Positions 30,860 through 39,925 of a stretch of DNA of 48,972 bases are shown one piece after another. Origin of the DNA: Pseudomonadota bacterium (GTDB lineage Bacteria > Pseudomonadota > Alphaproteobacteria > MED-G09); assembly GCA_036344135.1 (NCBI GenBank), contig JAYYUG010000050.1:1-48972 (forward strand). Direction: 5' to 3'. The position numbers and the translations under genes are program-made. The notes under the pieces are model-generated. The model did not search any database and was not told the origin of the DNA. It was given only the letters and a program-made list of their open reading frames with translations. Every line of letters starts with the position of its first letter. The stretch's first letter is position 1.

Positions 30860-31417
30860 ATGAAAAAAAATCCAAAAATTTTACTTTTTATTCTTTTCTT
30901 CATGATATTTAGCACCATTCTTAATGAAAGGATTTCTGCTATGGAAGAGAACGCTTTTTCTTTCGCATTTGAATCAATAGAAGGACAACCGATGCCTTTG
31001 GATCAATACCAAGGTAAAGCTCTACTTGTTGTAAATACTGCTTCTTTATGTGGTTTTACTCCACAATACGAAGGTCTTCAAAGCCTATGGGAGGAATATA
31101 AAGATAAAGGTTTAGTCGTAATTGGAGTTCCTTCCAATAACTTTGGAAAACAAGAACCCGAGGGTGAAGAAAAAATAAAAGACTTTTGTGAAACAAACTT
31201 TGGAATTGATTTTCCAATGACAAGTAAAGAGGATGTTAAAGGTGAAAATGCTCATCCCTTTTACGAATGGGCAAACAGTCAATCTGGAAAAAATCCTAAA
31301 TGGAACTTTTATAAATATCTAATAAGCCCAGATGGGTCTTATTCGGGTTTCTATAGTTCAATGACGAAACCAAAATCTGGAAAAATGATAAAAGCGATAG
31401 AAAAAATACTCCCATAA
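30860..31417 (+). CDS. exported Cys-type glutathione peroxidase-like thiol peroxidase
   Basis: VNTASLCGFTPQY, PSNNFGKQE, FC and WNFYKYL; N-terminal hydrophobic signal. ATG at 30860 follows AGGAG. Confidence 0.92.
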   Translation: MKKNPKILLFILFFMIFSTILNERISAMEENAFSFAFESIEGQPMPLDQYQGKALLVVNTASLCGFTPQYEGLQSLWEEYKDKGLVVIGVPSNNFGKQEPEGEEKIKDFCETNFGIDFPMTSKEDVKGENAHPFYEWANSQSGKNPKWNFYKYLISPDGSYSGFYSSMTKPKSGKMIKAIEKILP

Positions 31418-31420
31418 AAA

Positions 31421-31843
31421 ATGAAGAGATTGTTACTGTTATTACTCCTATCGTCACAAACGGGCTATGCGTTCGCAGAACTTCTTTTGAGTAATGAATG
31501 GGCAAGGCTAACGCCAAGCGGTATGGGTTCTGTTTATGTCACAATTGAGAACAAAAATCCTTTTAACGAGGTTTTACTGACAGCCAAAAGTGATTCAGCA
31601 AAGATAGTGACAATACATGAAACTGTACGCGAAAATGATGTGGTAAAAATGAATCACATTATAGGAGGAATAAATATCCCTAAGGGGGAGAGTGCAATTC
31701 TTGAGCCCGGTGGATATCATATTATGCTAATGAATATAAATAAGAATCTTTCTCTCGGAGATCGGATAAAAGTAACATTAATTTTTGAAAAAAGTGGGGA
31801 AGTGGAATTAAACCCAATTCTTAAGCTCAAACCTCCTTTTTAA
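31421..31843 (+). CDS. periplasmic copper chaperone PCu(A)C
   Basis: Signal peptide, WAR, and an H-x10-M-x22-HxM motif (IHET...KM...PGGYHIMLM). Confidence 0.92.
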   Translation: MKRLLLLLLLSSQTGYAFAELLLSNEWARLTPSGMGSVYVTIENKNPFNEVLLTAKSDSAKIVTIHETVRENDVVKMNHIIGGINIPKGESAILEPGGYHIMLMNINKNLSLGDRIKVTLIFEKSGEVELNPILKLKPPF

Positions 31844-31876
31844 AAAGGCCCACTCTTTTTATGAACGGGCCTCTTT
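31842..31876. terminator. probable bidirectional terminator between PCu(A)C and ALDH
   Basis: AAAAAGGCCC-15 nt-GGGCCTCTTT between convergent genes; the loop is large and the stem imperfect. Confidence 0.5.
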
Positions 31877-31896
31877 CAAAGTACTTCATTCTTTAG

Positions 31897-33327
31897 TTAG
31901 GCAGCAGTATAACCAAGAATAGCTTTGACCTCGAGAAACTCCTCAAGACCAAATTCTCCCCATTCTCTACCATTGCCTGACTTCTTATATCCTCCAAAAG
32001 GTGCATTAAAATCCATTTGAGCGCCATTAACATGGACGTTTCCTGAACGAATCCTTTCTGCTACTTTTATGGCTTTTTCCTGGCTTCCAGAAACATAACC
32101 TGAAAGACCGTATTCTGTGTCGTTTGCAATTGCTACGGCATCATCTTCATCTTTATATGGCAGAATAGAAACAACCGGTCCAAAAATTTCTTCTCTTGCT
32201 ATGGTCATGTCATTATTAACGTCTGCAAAAACAGTAGGTTTTATAAAATAACCAGCATTTAAACCTTCAGGTTTACCAGGTCCGCCGGCAACCAAAGTGG
32301 CACCTTCTTCAATTCCTTTTTCAATTAAACCTTGAATTTTATCGAATTGAACTTCACTGACAACTGGTCCTATTCCTCCAGGGGCAACATCTTCCGGGTT
32401 GCCAACTACTGTATTTTCGGCAGTTTCTTTTGCAATTGCAATAGCCTCATCCTGTCTGTCCGCAGGAACTAGCATACGAGTTGGGGCATTACATGATTGA
32501 CCAGAATTAGTAAAACAACCACTAACTCCTCCAGCAATAGCTGTTCCAAAGTCTGCGTCATCAAGAATAATGTTTGCAGATTTACCACCCAACTCTTGCG
32601 CAACCCTTTTAACTGTATCAGCTGATGCTCTTGCAACTGCAATACCTGCCCTAGTTGAGCCAGTAAATGACATCATATCAATATCCTTATGAGCTGACAT
32701 AGCCTCTCCTACAGTTGGTCCATCGCCATTAACTAGATTAAAAACACCTGCAGGCACGCCTGCCTCATCCAAGATTTCAGTAAACAAGACAGCATTCAGT
32801 GGTGCAATTTCAGATGGCTTTAAAACCATGGTGCATCCAGCTGCAAGTGCTGGAGCAACCTTACATGTAATTTGGTTTATTGGCCAATTCCATGGAGTAA
32901 TAAAACCACAAACCCCTACGGGTTCTTTTCTAATCTTGGTATTACCTTTATCTTCTTCAAAATCATAATTTTTCAAAATCTCAAGATATGTACCCAGATG
33001 ACCGGCTCCTGTAGCAGCTTGAGCTGCTTTTGAAAGCCAAAGAGGTGCTCCCATTTCAGAAGAAATTGTTTCAGCAATTTCATCATATCGTGTTTGATAA
33101 ACTTCCAAAATTTTACCTAGTAGTTGTAATCTTTCTTCTTTAGAAGTTTGCGAAAAACTAGCAAATGCATTCTTGGCAGCAGCAACAGCATTGTCTACGT
33201 CCTGTGCATTTCCTAGAGCTATTCTTCCTATGGCCTCTTCTGTGGCAGGATTAATAACATCGTAATGCTGTGGATCGGATGGGTCTACCCATTCTCCATT
33301 AATATAAAACTTAAGACACTCTTTCAT
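31897..33327 (-). CDS. NAD-dependent aldehyde dehydrogenase
   Basis: ITPWNWP, LKPSE, FTGSTRAG, ELGGKS, NSGQSCNA and EEIFGPV. ATG at 33327 with SD GGAGG preferred over 33384. Confidence 0.95.
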   Translation of the reverse strand: MKECLKFYINGEWVDPSDPQHYDVINPATEEAIGRIALGNAQDVDNAVAAAKNAFASFSQTSKEERLQLLGKILEVYQTRYDEIAETISSEMGAPLWLSKAAQAATGAGHLGTYLEILKNYDFEEDKGNTKIRKEPVGVCGFITPWNWPINQITCKVAPALAAGCTMVLKPSEIAPLNAVLFTEILDEAGVPAGVFNLVNGDGPTVGEAMSAHKDIDMMSFTGSTRAGIAVARASADTVKRVAQELGGKSANIILDDADFGTAIAGGVSGCFTNSGQSCNAPTRMLVPADRQDEAIAIAKETAENTVVGNPEDVAPGGIGPVVSEVQFDKIQGLIEKGIEEGATLVAGGPGKPEGLNAGYFIKPTVFADVNNDMTIAREEIFGPVVSILPYKDEDDAVAIANDTEYGLSGYVSGSQEKAIKVAERIRSGNVHVNGAQMDFNAPFGGYKKSGNGREWGEFGLEEFLEVKAILGYTAA

Positions 33328-33444
33328 TTGGTCCTCCTTTAAATCCCTGTACGTCATTACAGCACAATCAATAAAAACCAACAATCTCTTTTACATATAA
33401 TTAAGAAATAATTATATTAAGGCAAACAACCATGGGAAAAACTA

Positions 33445-34854
33445 ATGGCTAAACCTTATCCAAAAGAAGAACATTTAACAGGAAATTTTGCTCCTATTCG
33501 AATGGAAAGCAACATCGATGACATAATCATAGAAGGTGAAGTTCCCAAAGAAATAAATGGAAGCTACTACAGAAATGGACCTGATCCAAAGTTTCCACCA
33601 AGAGGTGATAATTCTCATTGGTTTGGTGGTGATGGCATGATTCATGCTTTTCATATTAAAGATGGCAGGATTTCTTATTTAAATCGTTGGATGAGAACGG
33701 TAAAATGGTTAAAAGAGCACGAAGAACAAACAGCTCTTTGGTCGAGTGGTATGGATGTAATGAATAATGACCCGTTAGTATCAAATATTATAACTAATGG
33801 ATTAGCAAATACCGCAGTTGTTTCTCATGCAGGGAAAATATTGGCTCTCGAGGAAGCGCATGCGCCTTTTGAGTTTGATCCGTTTACCTTAGAGTCTTTA
33901 GGCTCACATACTTTTGATAACACTCTCGAAGGCCCAATGACCGCTCATCCAAAAGTTGATCCAATAACGGGAGAATTACTATTCATTGGATATATGGCTG
34001 ATGGCTTTTTTAGTGATACAATTAGGTATACGGCAGTTTCTAAAGAAGGAAAGATAACCAAATCTGAACTTATTAAGGCACCATTTCCATCTATGGTCCA
34101 TGACTTCTTTGCAACTCAAAATTATGTAATAATACCGGTTTTTCCTTTAACAGGTGATTTTGAAAGAGCTTTAAATGGTGGTCCGCCTTTTGCTTGGGAA
34201 CCAGAAAAAGGGAGTCACATTTGTATTCTTCCTAGGAATGGTTCTGCCGAAGATGCAAAATGGATTGAAGCTGATCCTTCTTTTGTATTCCATTATATGA
34301 ATGCTTATGAGGAGAATGGTTCTATAATTTGTGATTTAATGGAATTCGGAGTGCCTCCTCTTTTTCCTTTTGCGGATGGAACTATGCCAACACAAACTGA
34401 TGCTGAAGCAAAACTTGCAAGATGGAAAATTGATATTAATACTTCAAAAATTAATAAGACTTCTCTTGATAATATTACAGGAGAATTCCCTAGGTTCGAT
34501 GAGAGATTCGCTCTCCAAGAATATCGGCATGGTTATTATGCTGGATCAATTGGTGATCATGCACCAGGCATGAGCATGAATTCGATTGTCCACTATGATC
34601 ATAAGACGGGAGAAAGAAAGGAATATACTACTGAAGTCGGAGATGCAGTAGGTGAACCAGTATTTATACCTAAATCCAAAGATAGCAATGAGGGAGAGGG
34701 TTGGGTGATAGCTACAGTTTTCAGGGCAAAAGAAAATCGTTCAGATTTGGTTATTTTAGATGCAAATCATGTTGATGAAGGACCTATTGCTAAAGCACAG
34801 CTGCCACATAGAGTGCCATACGGTTTCCACGGATGGTTCGAAAATAGAGCATAA
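33445..34854 (+). CDS. carotenoid oxygenase (RPE65/CCO) family dioxygenase
   Basis: RNGPDP, GDGMIH, and four Fe-ligand His in TAHPK, MVHDF, VFHYMNA and YGFHG; EFPR and EPVF. Confidence 0.94.
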   Translation: MAKPYPKEEHLTGNFAPIRMESNIDDIIIEGEVPKEINGSYYRNGPDPKFPPRGDNSHWFGGDGMIHAFHIKDGRISYLNRWMRTVKWLKEHEEQTALWSSGMDVMNNDPLVSNIITNGLANTAVVSHAGKILALEEAHAPFEFDPFTLESLGSHTFDNTLEGPMTAHPKVDPITGELLFIGYMADGFFSDTIRYTAVSKEGKITKSELIKAPFPSMVHDFFATQNYVIIPVFPLTGDFERALNGGPPFAWEPEKGSHICILPRNGSAEDAKWIEADPSFVFHYMNAYEENGSIICDLMEFGVPPLFPFADGTMPTQTDAEAKLARWKIDINTSKINKTSLDNITGEFPRFDERFALQEYRHGYYAGSIGDHAPGMSMNSIVHYDHKTGERKEYTTEVGDAVGEPVFIPKSKDSNEGEGWVIATVFRAKENRSDLVILDANHVDEGPIAKAQLPHRVPYGFHGWFENRA

Positions 34855-34866
34855 AAGATATTAAAA

Positions 34867-36972
34867 ATGAAACAAGTTTTAAAGGTTGGCTTACTAAGCC
34901 TTTTGTTGTGTTGCGGTTTATTAGATAATCTTCTTTCTCAAGAAAATAATAAGATTATTTATGATAAGAATTACTTTGAAAAATTCAATATTGTCTCTGT
35001 TGTTGATGCAATTAAAAAAATCCCCGGTGTTGAAGCAATTACTGAAAGAGGCGGAAGTGGATCAAGCTCAAAATTTGATCTTTCTAGCAGAAAAGAAAAG
35101 AGGGGATTTGGTTCCTCAGGCACACAAATCTTGATAAACGGTGAACGGCTGTCTTCAAAAGCCAATAATGTAATGCAAACTCTTTCAAGAATTCAGGCTG
35201 ATGCACTTATAAGGATTGAGGTAATAAGGGGATCAGAAGCGGGTTTGGATGTTCGTTCCGAAGGAATTATTGTTAATGTAATTGTTGATTCAAGCTCTTT
35301 GAAAAGTTCTGGAACATGGGAAACTGCGCTTAAAATCTTATCTTCTGGAAATAGTATTTGGATGGGTGAAGGTTCGTGGTCAACAAAGGTTAAAAATACC
35401 GATATCGTCATAGGTTTGAAAAAAATTGGTTTTATTAGTAGTAGATACTATGACGAATTTCATCTCTTTGGGGATTCGTCAATTTATCAGTATAGAATAC
35501 GTGAAACTTTTGAATTTAAATCTGGCTTCCAAGCATCAATTGACGTCTCTTCAAAATTAACTCCTATCGACACCATAAGAATAAATACTCTTATCTGGTT
35601 CGATGGATCTGCTGCTGAACCACAAAATCAAAATTACTATAGCCCTGCGGATTCTTTAAGAGAGAATCCGAGTTCTTTTATCAATTGGGATAGAACCGAT
35701 TCTTTTGACGGTTGGGAATTCGGAGGCGATTGGGAGCATGACTTCAACGGAAACCATTCATTAAAAATACGAACCGTATTTACAGAAGAAAATAAACATC
35801 CCCGCGTGAGTCAATATCAAAAGATAGGAGTGGGTGACCTCAGTGAAATAGGAAGGGAAATTACAGATAGAACTGAGATTGAAAGAATCTTAAGAGCCAG
35901 TATGTCAAGTTCTTTGGGCTCTAGCTCTTTTGAGTACGGTTTCGAGGTTGCATATAATAAACTTGATAGAAATTTCATACTCTTAAATGTTGATAATCAA
36001 GGCGGACTAACAGATACAGATTTATCCAATACTCAAGGAACAGTTGAAGAAGATCGTTATGAAGGATTCCTTTCATATAATTTTCCTATAGAAGATAATA
36101 TTAGAGTTGAAATTGCTCTCAACTATGAATGGTCAGAAATTAGCCAATCTGGTGATGTTAATGAAAGTCGAGAATTTCAGTACTGGAAACCACGAATAGA
36201 TTTAAAGTGGGATTATGATCCAAATCGACAGATCCGATTAACAATTGAAAGGAGTGTCGGTCAAATTAACTTTGACGATTTTATTTCAAGTTATGATGTA
36301 TTTGAGGAAAGAATTAGAGCTGGAAATCCAGATTTACAACCCGACACCTCATGGGGAATTCGCTTGGAACATGAATGGAGACTACCCAACGATGGAGGAG
36401 TTATTACCCTTGAAGGATTTGCAACCCAAGTTGATGGTCCTGTTGAAAGGGTTCCGGTAGGTGGATATGCGGCAATAGGAAATCTTGGCACTGCTGAAAG
36501 GCAGCAGATTAAATTTGATGGAAGTGTAAGAATTGAAGATATTTTGCCAGGGGGTGTTTTTAACTTCATGGGGTATCTTCAACATTCAGAAGTAGTTGAT
36601 CCTTTAACCAAACAAAAACGAGATTTAGCCTGGTTTCCTACATGGGAATTTACGTTAGGTCTTAGACAAGATATCCCTGGAGGAAAATACAGCTGGGGAG
36701 CAAAATATTCTAGTGTTTCAATGAAAAATATTTATGATCCTTTTCTTTGGGGGCGATGGACGCAGGATCCTTTTCTCGAGCTTAATTTTTCAGCAAAATT
36801 AAATCCTAGGTTAACCCTAAAGCTTAAGGCTGAAAATGTTCTTGTTGACTTTGGAACCGGAAGGAAAATTATCTATAATGGATTTAAATCTAATAATGAT
36901 ATTTTAATAACAGAACACTTTAAGACCAAGGGTCATTCTCTCCTTAAAATTGAGCTTGAAGGAACGTTCTAG
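34867..36972 (+). CDS. TonB-dependent outer membrane receptor
   Basis: Signal peptide, plug motifs QILINGER and RIEVIRG, GNPDLQP, beta-strand pattern and C-terminal Phe. Confidence 0.87.
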   Translation: MKQVLKVGLLSLLLCCGLLDNLLSQENNKIIYDKNYFEKFNIVSVVDAIKKIPGVEAITERGGSGSSSKFDLSSRKEKRGFGSSGTQILINGERLSSKANNVMQTLSRIQADALIRIEVIRGSEAGLDVRSEGIIVNVIVDSSSLKSSGTWETALKILSSGNSIWMGEGSWSTKVKNTDIVIGLKKIGFISSRYYDEFHLFGDSSIYQYRIRETFEFKSGFQASIDVSSKLTPIDTIRINTLIWFDGSAAEPQNQNYYSPADSLRENPSSFINWDRTDSFDGWEFGGDWEHDFNGNHSLKIRTVFTEENKHPRVSQYQKIGVGDLSEIGREITDRTEIERILRASMSSSLGSSSFEYGFEVAYNKLDRNFILLNVDNQGGLTDTDLSNTQGTVEEDRYEGFLSYNFPIEDNIRVEIALNYEWSEISQSGDVNESREFQYWKPRIDLKWDYDPNRQIRLTIERSVGQINFDDFISSYDVFEERIRAGNPDLQPDTSWGIRLEHEWRLPNDGGVITLEGFATQVDGPVERVPVGGYAAIGNLGTAERQQIKFDGSVRIEDILPGGVFNFMGYLQHSEVVDPLTKQKRDLAWFPTWEFTLGLRQDIPGGKYSWGAKYSSVSMKNIYDPFLWGRWTQDPFLELNFSAKLNPRLTLKLKAENVLVDFGTGRKIIYNGFKSNNDILITEHFKTKGHSLLKIELEGTF

Positions 36973-36975
36973 TTA

Positions 36976-38235
36976 TTAGCCGGCGTGTCCTGAATGACCC
37001 ATACCTTCTTCATATTCGACTTTCTTATTAAGTCTTTTATCAGAGATAGCAATAATGAAACAAAAGATCATTAATAACACTGCAAAATAATAAGGGGAAT
37101 CGGGTTTCCAAGTAAATAATGACATCCCTGTTAAGGGATTAAGAAGAAAGCCTGCGGCATAGGAACTTATTAAAATTCCTGCAGCTGCCCCTTGCTCATT
37201 TTTTCCAACCGCCAATGAAACTCCAGTAAATAATCCTGGTCCCATCAAAGCTCCTCCTACTCCATATATAGCCATTGCTATAGCAACAAGATATAGGTCT
37301 TTAGATAATATGATTAGAATTAGGGATATTATCGTCGCGATGCTACCTAATCTCAGAAGTATTCCTGGTGTTGGAGATAATTTTCTCACCACTCCAAGTT
37401 GGATTATCAAAGTTGCTATACCTGTAAAAATAAGCATAAGACCTGTGTAAACTGAAGCATCAGTGTTCGAATAATCAAATTTATCCTGTAAATACATTGA
37501 TAGAATTTGCATAATAACGGCACTTGTCTGACTGATAAAAAGACCCATTAAAGCGAAAGTTAAAATGCGGGGGTCAAATGCAGTTAATCGAACTTGATGA
37601 ACTTTTGCCGGGATTTCCGGTTTGGTTTTTTCTGGCAAATAAATCCAAATTAAAAGTGTGATTAAAGCGGTAATTCCTCCAAAAAGGTAATAAGGAACCA
37701 ATGGTCCTAACAATACTGCTGCTGAAGCCAAACCTGGTCCAATTATTCCACTAATTGCGAAAGCAGAACCCATCACAGCCATAACCCCGGTTCTTTCTTC
37801 TTCGGTTGTTCTATCAGCAACGTAAGCCATAGATGCAGAATGTGAGCCAGAGCCCAAAAATCCATAACAACCCCTAGTTAAGATTAAAAGCACAAAAAGT
37901 GTACTAACACTTATCATGCCTCCTTGATTTAACTGGAATTCTATTCCCATAAGGATGGTGGTTATTGAGTAAACTGCCAAGCCCAGAAGAATAATCGTTT
38001 TTCTGCCAACGAAATCACTTTTGCGTCCCCAAAAAGGACTCATCAACATCCAACCTAGGGCAGAGAGTGAAAAGATAAACCCGACTTGCATCTCCACCAA
38101 ACCTAAGCCCCTAGCAAATGGAGGGAGAACGGCTATAAAAAGGGTTTGTCCAGTCCCAATAGCAAACATACCCAGAAAAAGAACACGAAAACCTAGTTTT
38201 CTTTCTTCAGGAGTAGTTTGAATAGTGGTGGACAT
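36976..38235 (-). CDS. MFS transporter (TetA/DHA1-like)
   Basis: About 12 TM segments; motif A WGRKSDFVGRK; AYVADRT...ERT. Confidence 0.92.
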   Translation of the reverse strand: MSTTIQTTPEERKLGFRVLFLGMFAIGTGQTLFIAVLPPFARGLGLVEMQVGFIFSLSALGWMLMSPFWGRKSDFVGRKTIILLGLAVYSITTILMGIEFQLNQGGMISVSTLFVLLILTRGCYGFLGSGSHSASMAYVADRTTEEERTGVMAVMGSAFAISGIIGPGLASAAVLLGPLVPYYLFGGITALITLLIWIYLPEKTKPEIPAKVHQVRLTAFDPRILTFALMGLFISQTSAVIMQILSMYLQDKFDYSNTDASVYTGLMLIFTGIATLIIQLGVVRKLSPTPGILLRLGSIATIISLILIILSKDLYLVAIAMAIYGVGGALMGPGLFTGVSLAVGKNEQGAAAGILISSYAAGFLLNPLTGMSLFTWKPDSPYYFAVLLMIFCFIIAISDKRLNKKVEYEEGMGHSGHAG

Positions 38236-38278
38236 TCATTGTGTTTATATGTTGGCAGGCTAAAGATCAACAAATGAT

Positions 38279-39049
38279 TCATCCTGCATGGCTTCCCATT
38301 GAACCGTCAGCTAATCTTCCCCCATCAATATTTAGTTCGATACCAGTAACGTATTCAGCGGTGCATAAAAACAAAATAGAGTCTGCCACATGTTCTGGTA
38401 GACCCACCATCCTGATAGGAGTTTCCTGAATGAAGAAATTTTTTAAGCTTTCATCCCCATGTTCTCCACCACCAACCATAGGAGTCCAAATTACTCCTGG
38501 ATGCAAAGCATTTACTCGGATCTTTTTTTCTGCAGCCTCTAACGCAACCGCTTTAGTCATAGATGTTACAGCGCCCTTAGAGGCACAGTAACCTGCTCCA
38601 TCAGGTAAACCCATTTGGCCCATCAAAGAAGAAACATTAACAATTGCACCACCATTATTCATTCTCTCTAAACAATGCTTCATTCCAAGCCATGTTCCAT
38701 CGATATTTACCGAACAAATTTCATTGAAGTTTTCTAAAGAAGTATCGGCAATAGATTTTACCCAAAACTGACCAGCATTATTAACAAGAATATCTAAAGA
38801 ACCGTAAGCATCTATAGTTTTATCAACTACATTAATCCAATTATCTTCACTAGAAACATCATGTTGAATATATAAGCACTTTCCACCTTCTTTAATTACC
38901 ATATCAGCAGTTTCTTTGCCGGCTTTTTCATTTCTTCCGGTGACAGTTAGTGATGCACCTTCTCTAGCAAACCTTAGAGCGGTTTCTCTTCCTATGCCAA
39001 CAGATGTAGCTCCAGTTATAATGGCAATTTTATCTTCTAACCTACCCAC
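38279..39049 (-). CDS. classical SDR oxidoreductase with intact catalytic tetrad
   Basis: TGA..GIG, LVNNAG, VNIDG, NVSS, YCASK and IRVNALHPG; GTG start. Confidence 0.92.
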   Translation of the reverse strand: MGRLEDKIAIITGATSVGIGRETALRFAREGASLTVTGRNEKAGKETADMVIKEGGKCLYIQHDVSSEDNWINVVDKTIDAYGSLDILVNNAGQFWVKSIADTSLENFNEICSVNIDGTWLGMKHCLERMNNGGAIVNVSSLMGQMGLPDGAGYCASKGAVTSMTKAVALEAAEKKIRVNALHPGVIWTPMVGGGEHGDESLKNFFIQETPIRMVGLPEHVADSILFLCTAEYVTGIELNIDGGRLADGSMGSHAG

Positions 39050-39057
39050 GTTGAAAC

Positions 39058-39834
39058 CTATTTAGCAATCATACCTCCGTCAATTGTAAGTTCAGCCCCA
39101 GTCATAAAAATTGATTCATCTGAAACTAAAAATCTTATAGTTTCTGCAACTTCTTCAGGGCTTGCTAATCTGTTAAAAGGAATGTCTTTAATAATCTCTT
39201 TTTGAAGTTCTAAAGATTCAGTTGCATTTGGATAAATTTCTGCAAATAATTCATCAGAATAAGTATCTACTAACCCCGGATGTATAGAGTTTACTCTAAT
39301 CTTCTCAGGACCGAGTTCACATGCCCCTGCTTTAGCTAGTAATTTTACACCTCCGTGCGCAGCGCTAAGAGCTGAATAATTAGGAGCACCTACTTTGGCA
39401 AGAATAGAGGACATCATAACAATAGATCCCCCCTCTCCATGTTTTCGGATAGCTTCAGTTCCAAATTTTAATCCTAAGAAACATCCATAAAGACTGGTTC
39501 TCATTAGCGCTTGGAAATTTTCTAAACTACAATCTCTTATAGATTCAACATTGTAACTGCCTGCATTGTTTACAACACTATCTATTCTACCAAATTTTTT
39601 TAAGGTTTGATCAATTAAAGTTTTCCAACTTTTCTCTGATGTTACATCATGTGAAATATATTTTGTAGAACCCCCAGAATCTAATATATCTTTTTCTACC
39701 GCTAAACCTTCTTTCTCAGTCCTACACGTAATAATGACATTGGCACCTACCTTCGCTAATAATTTACATGCAGACGCACCAATCCCTCGACCTCCTCCTG
39801 TCACGATAATATTTTTATTTTCTAAACTCTTCAT
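39058..39834 (-). CDS. SDR-fold protein lacking the YxxxK catalytic motif (probable pseudoenzyme)
   Basis: TGGGRGIG, VVNNAG, IRVNSIHPG and TGAELTIDGG are present, but the catalytic helix reads LSAAH. Confidence 0.85.
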   Translation of the reverse strand: MKSLENKNIIVTGGGRGIGASACKLLAKVGANVIITCRTEKEGLAVEKDILDSGGSTKYISHDVTSEKSWKTLIDQTLKKFGRIDSVVNNAGSYNVESIRDCSLENFQALMRTSLYGCFLGLKFGTEAIRKHGEGGSIVMMSSILAKVGAPNYSALSAAHGGVKLLAKAGACELGPEKIRVNSIHPGLVDTYSDELFAEIYPNATESLELQKEIIKDIPFNRLASPEEVAETIRFLVSDESIFMTGAELTIDGGMIAK

Positions 39835-39873
39835 TTATTACACTTTCTAGAATTTCAGAAATTTATAATCTAC

Positions 39874-39904
39874 AAAAAAAAGGGCGGAACAATAAGTTCC
39901 GCCC
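39874..39904 (-). terminator. intrinsic terminator after TonB-dependent receptor
   Basis: GGGCGGAAC-5 nt-GTTCCGCCC followed on the minus strand by T8. Confidence 0.9.
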
Positions 39905-39925
39905 ATATATTTCATAAAAATTCTG

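Noticed and set aside
31049-31051. Selenocysteine in the glutathione peroxidase
   Set aside because: The active-site codon is TGT (Cys).
33445-34854. Annotation as lignostilbene dioxygenase
   Set aside because: It lacks the Tyr/Lys phenol-binding signature, so it is kept at family level.
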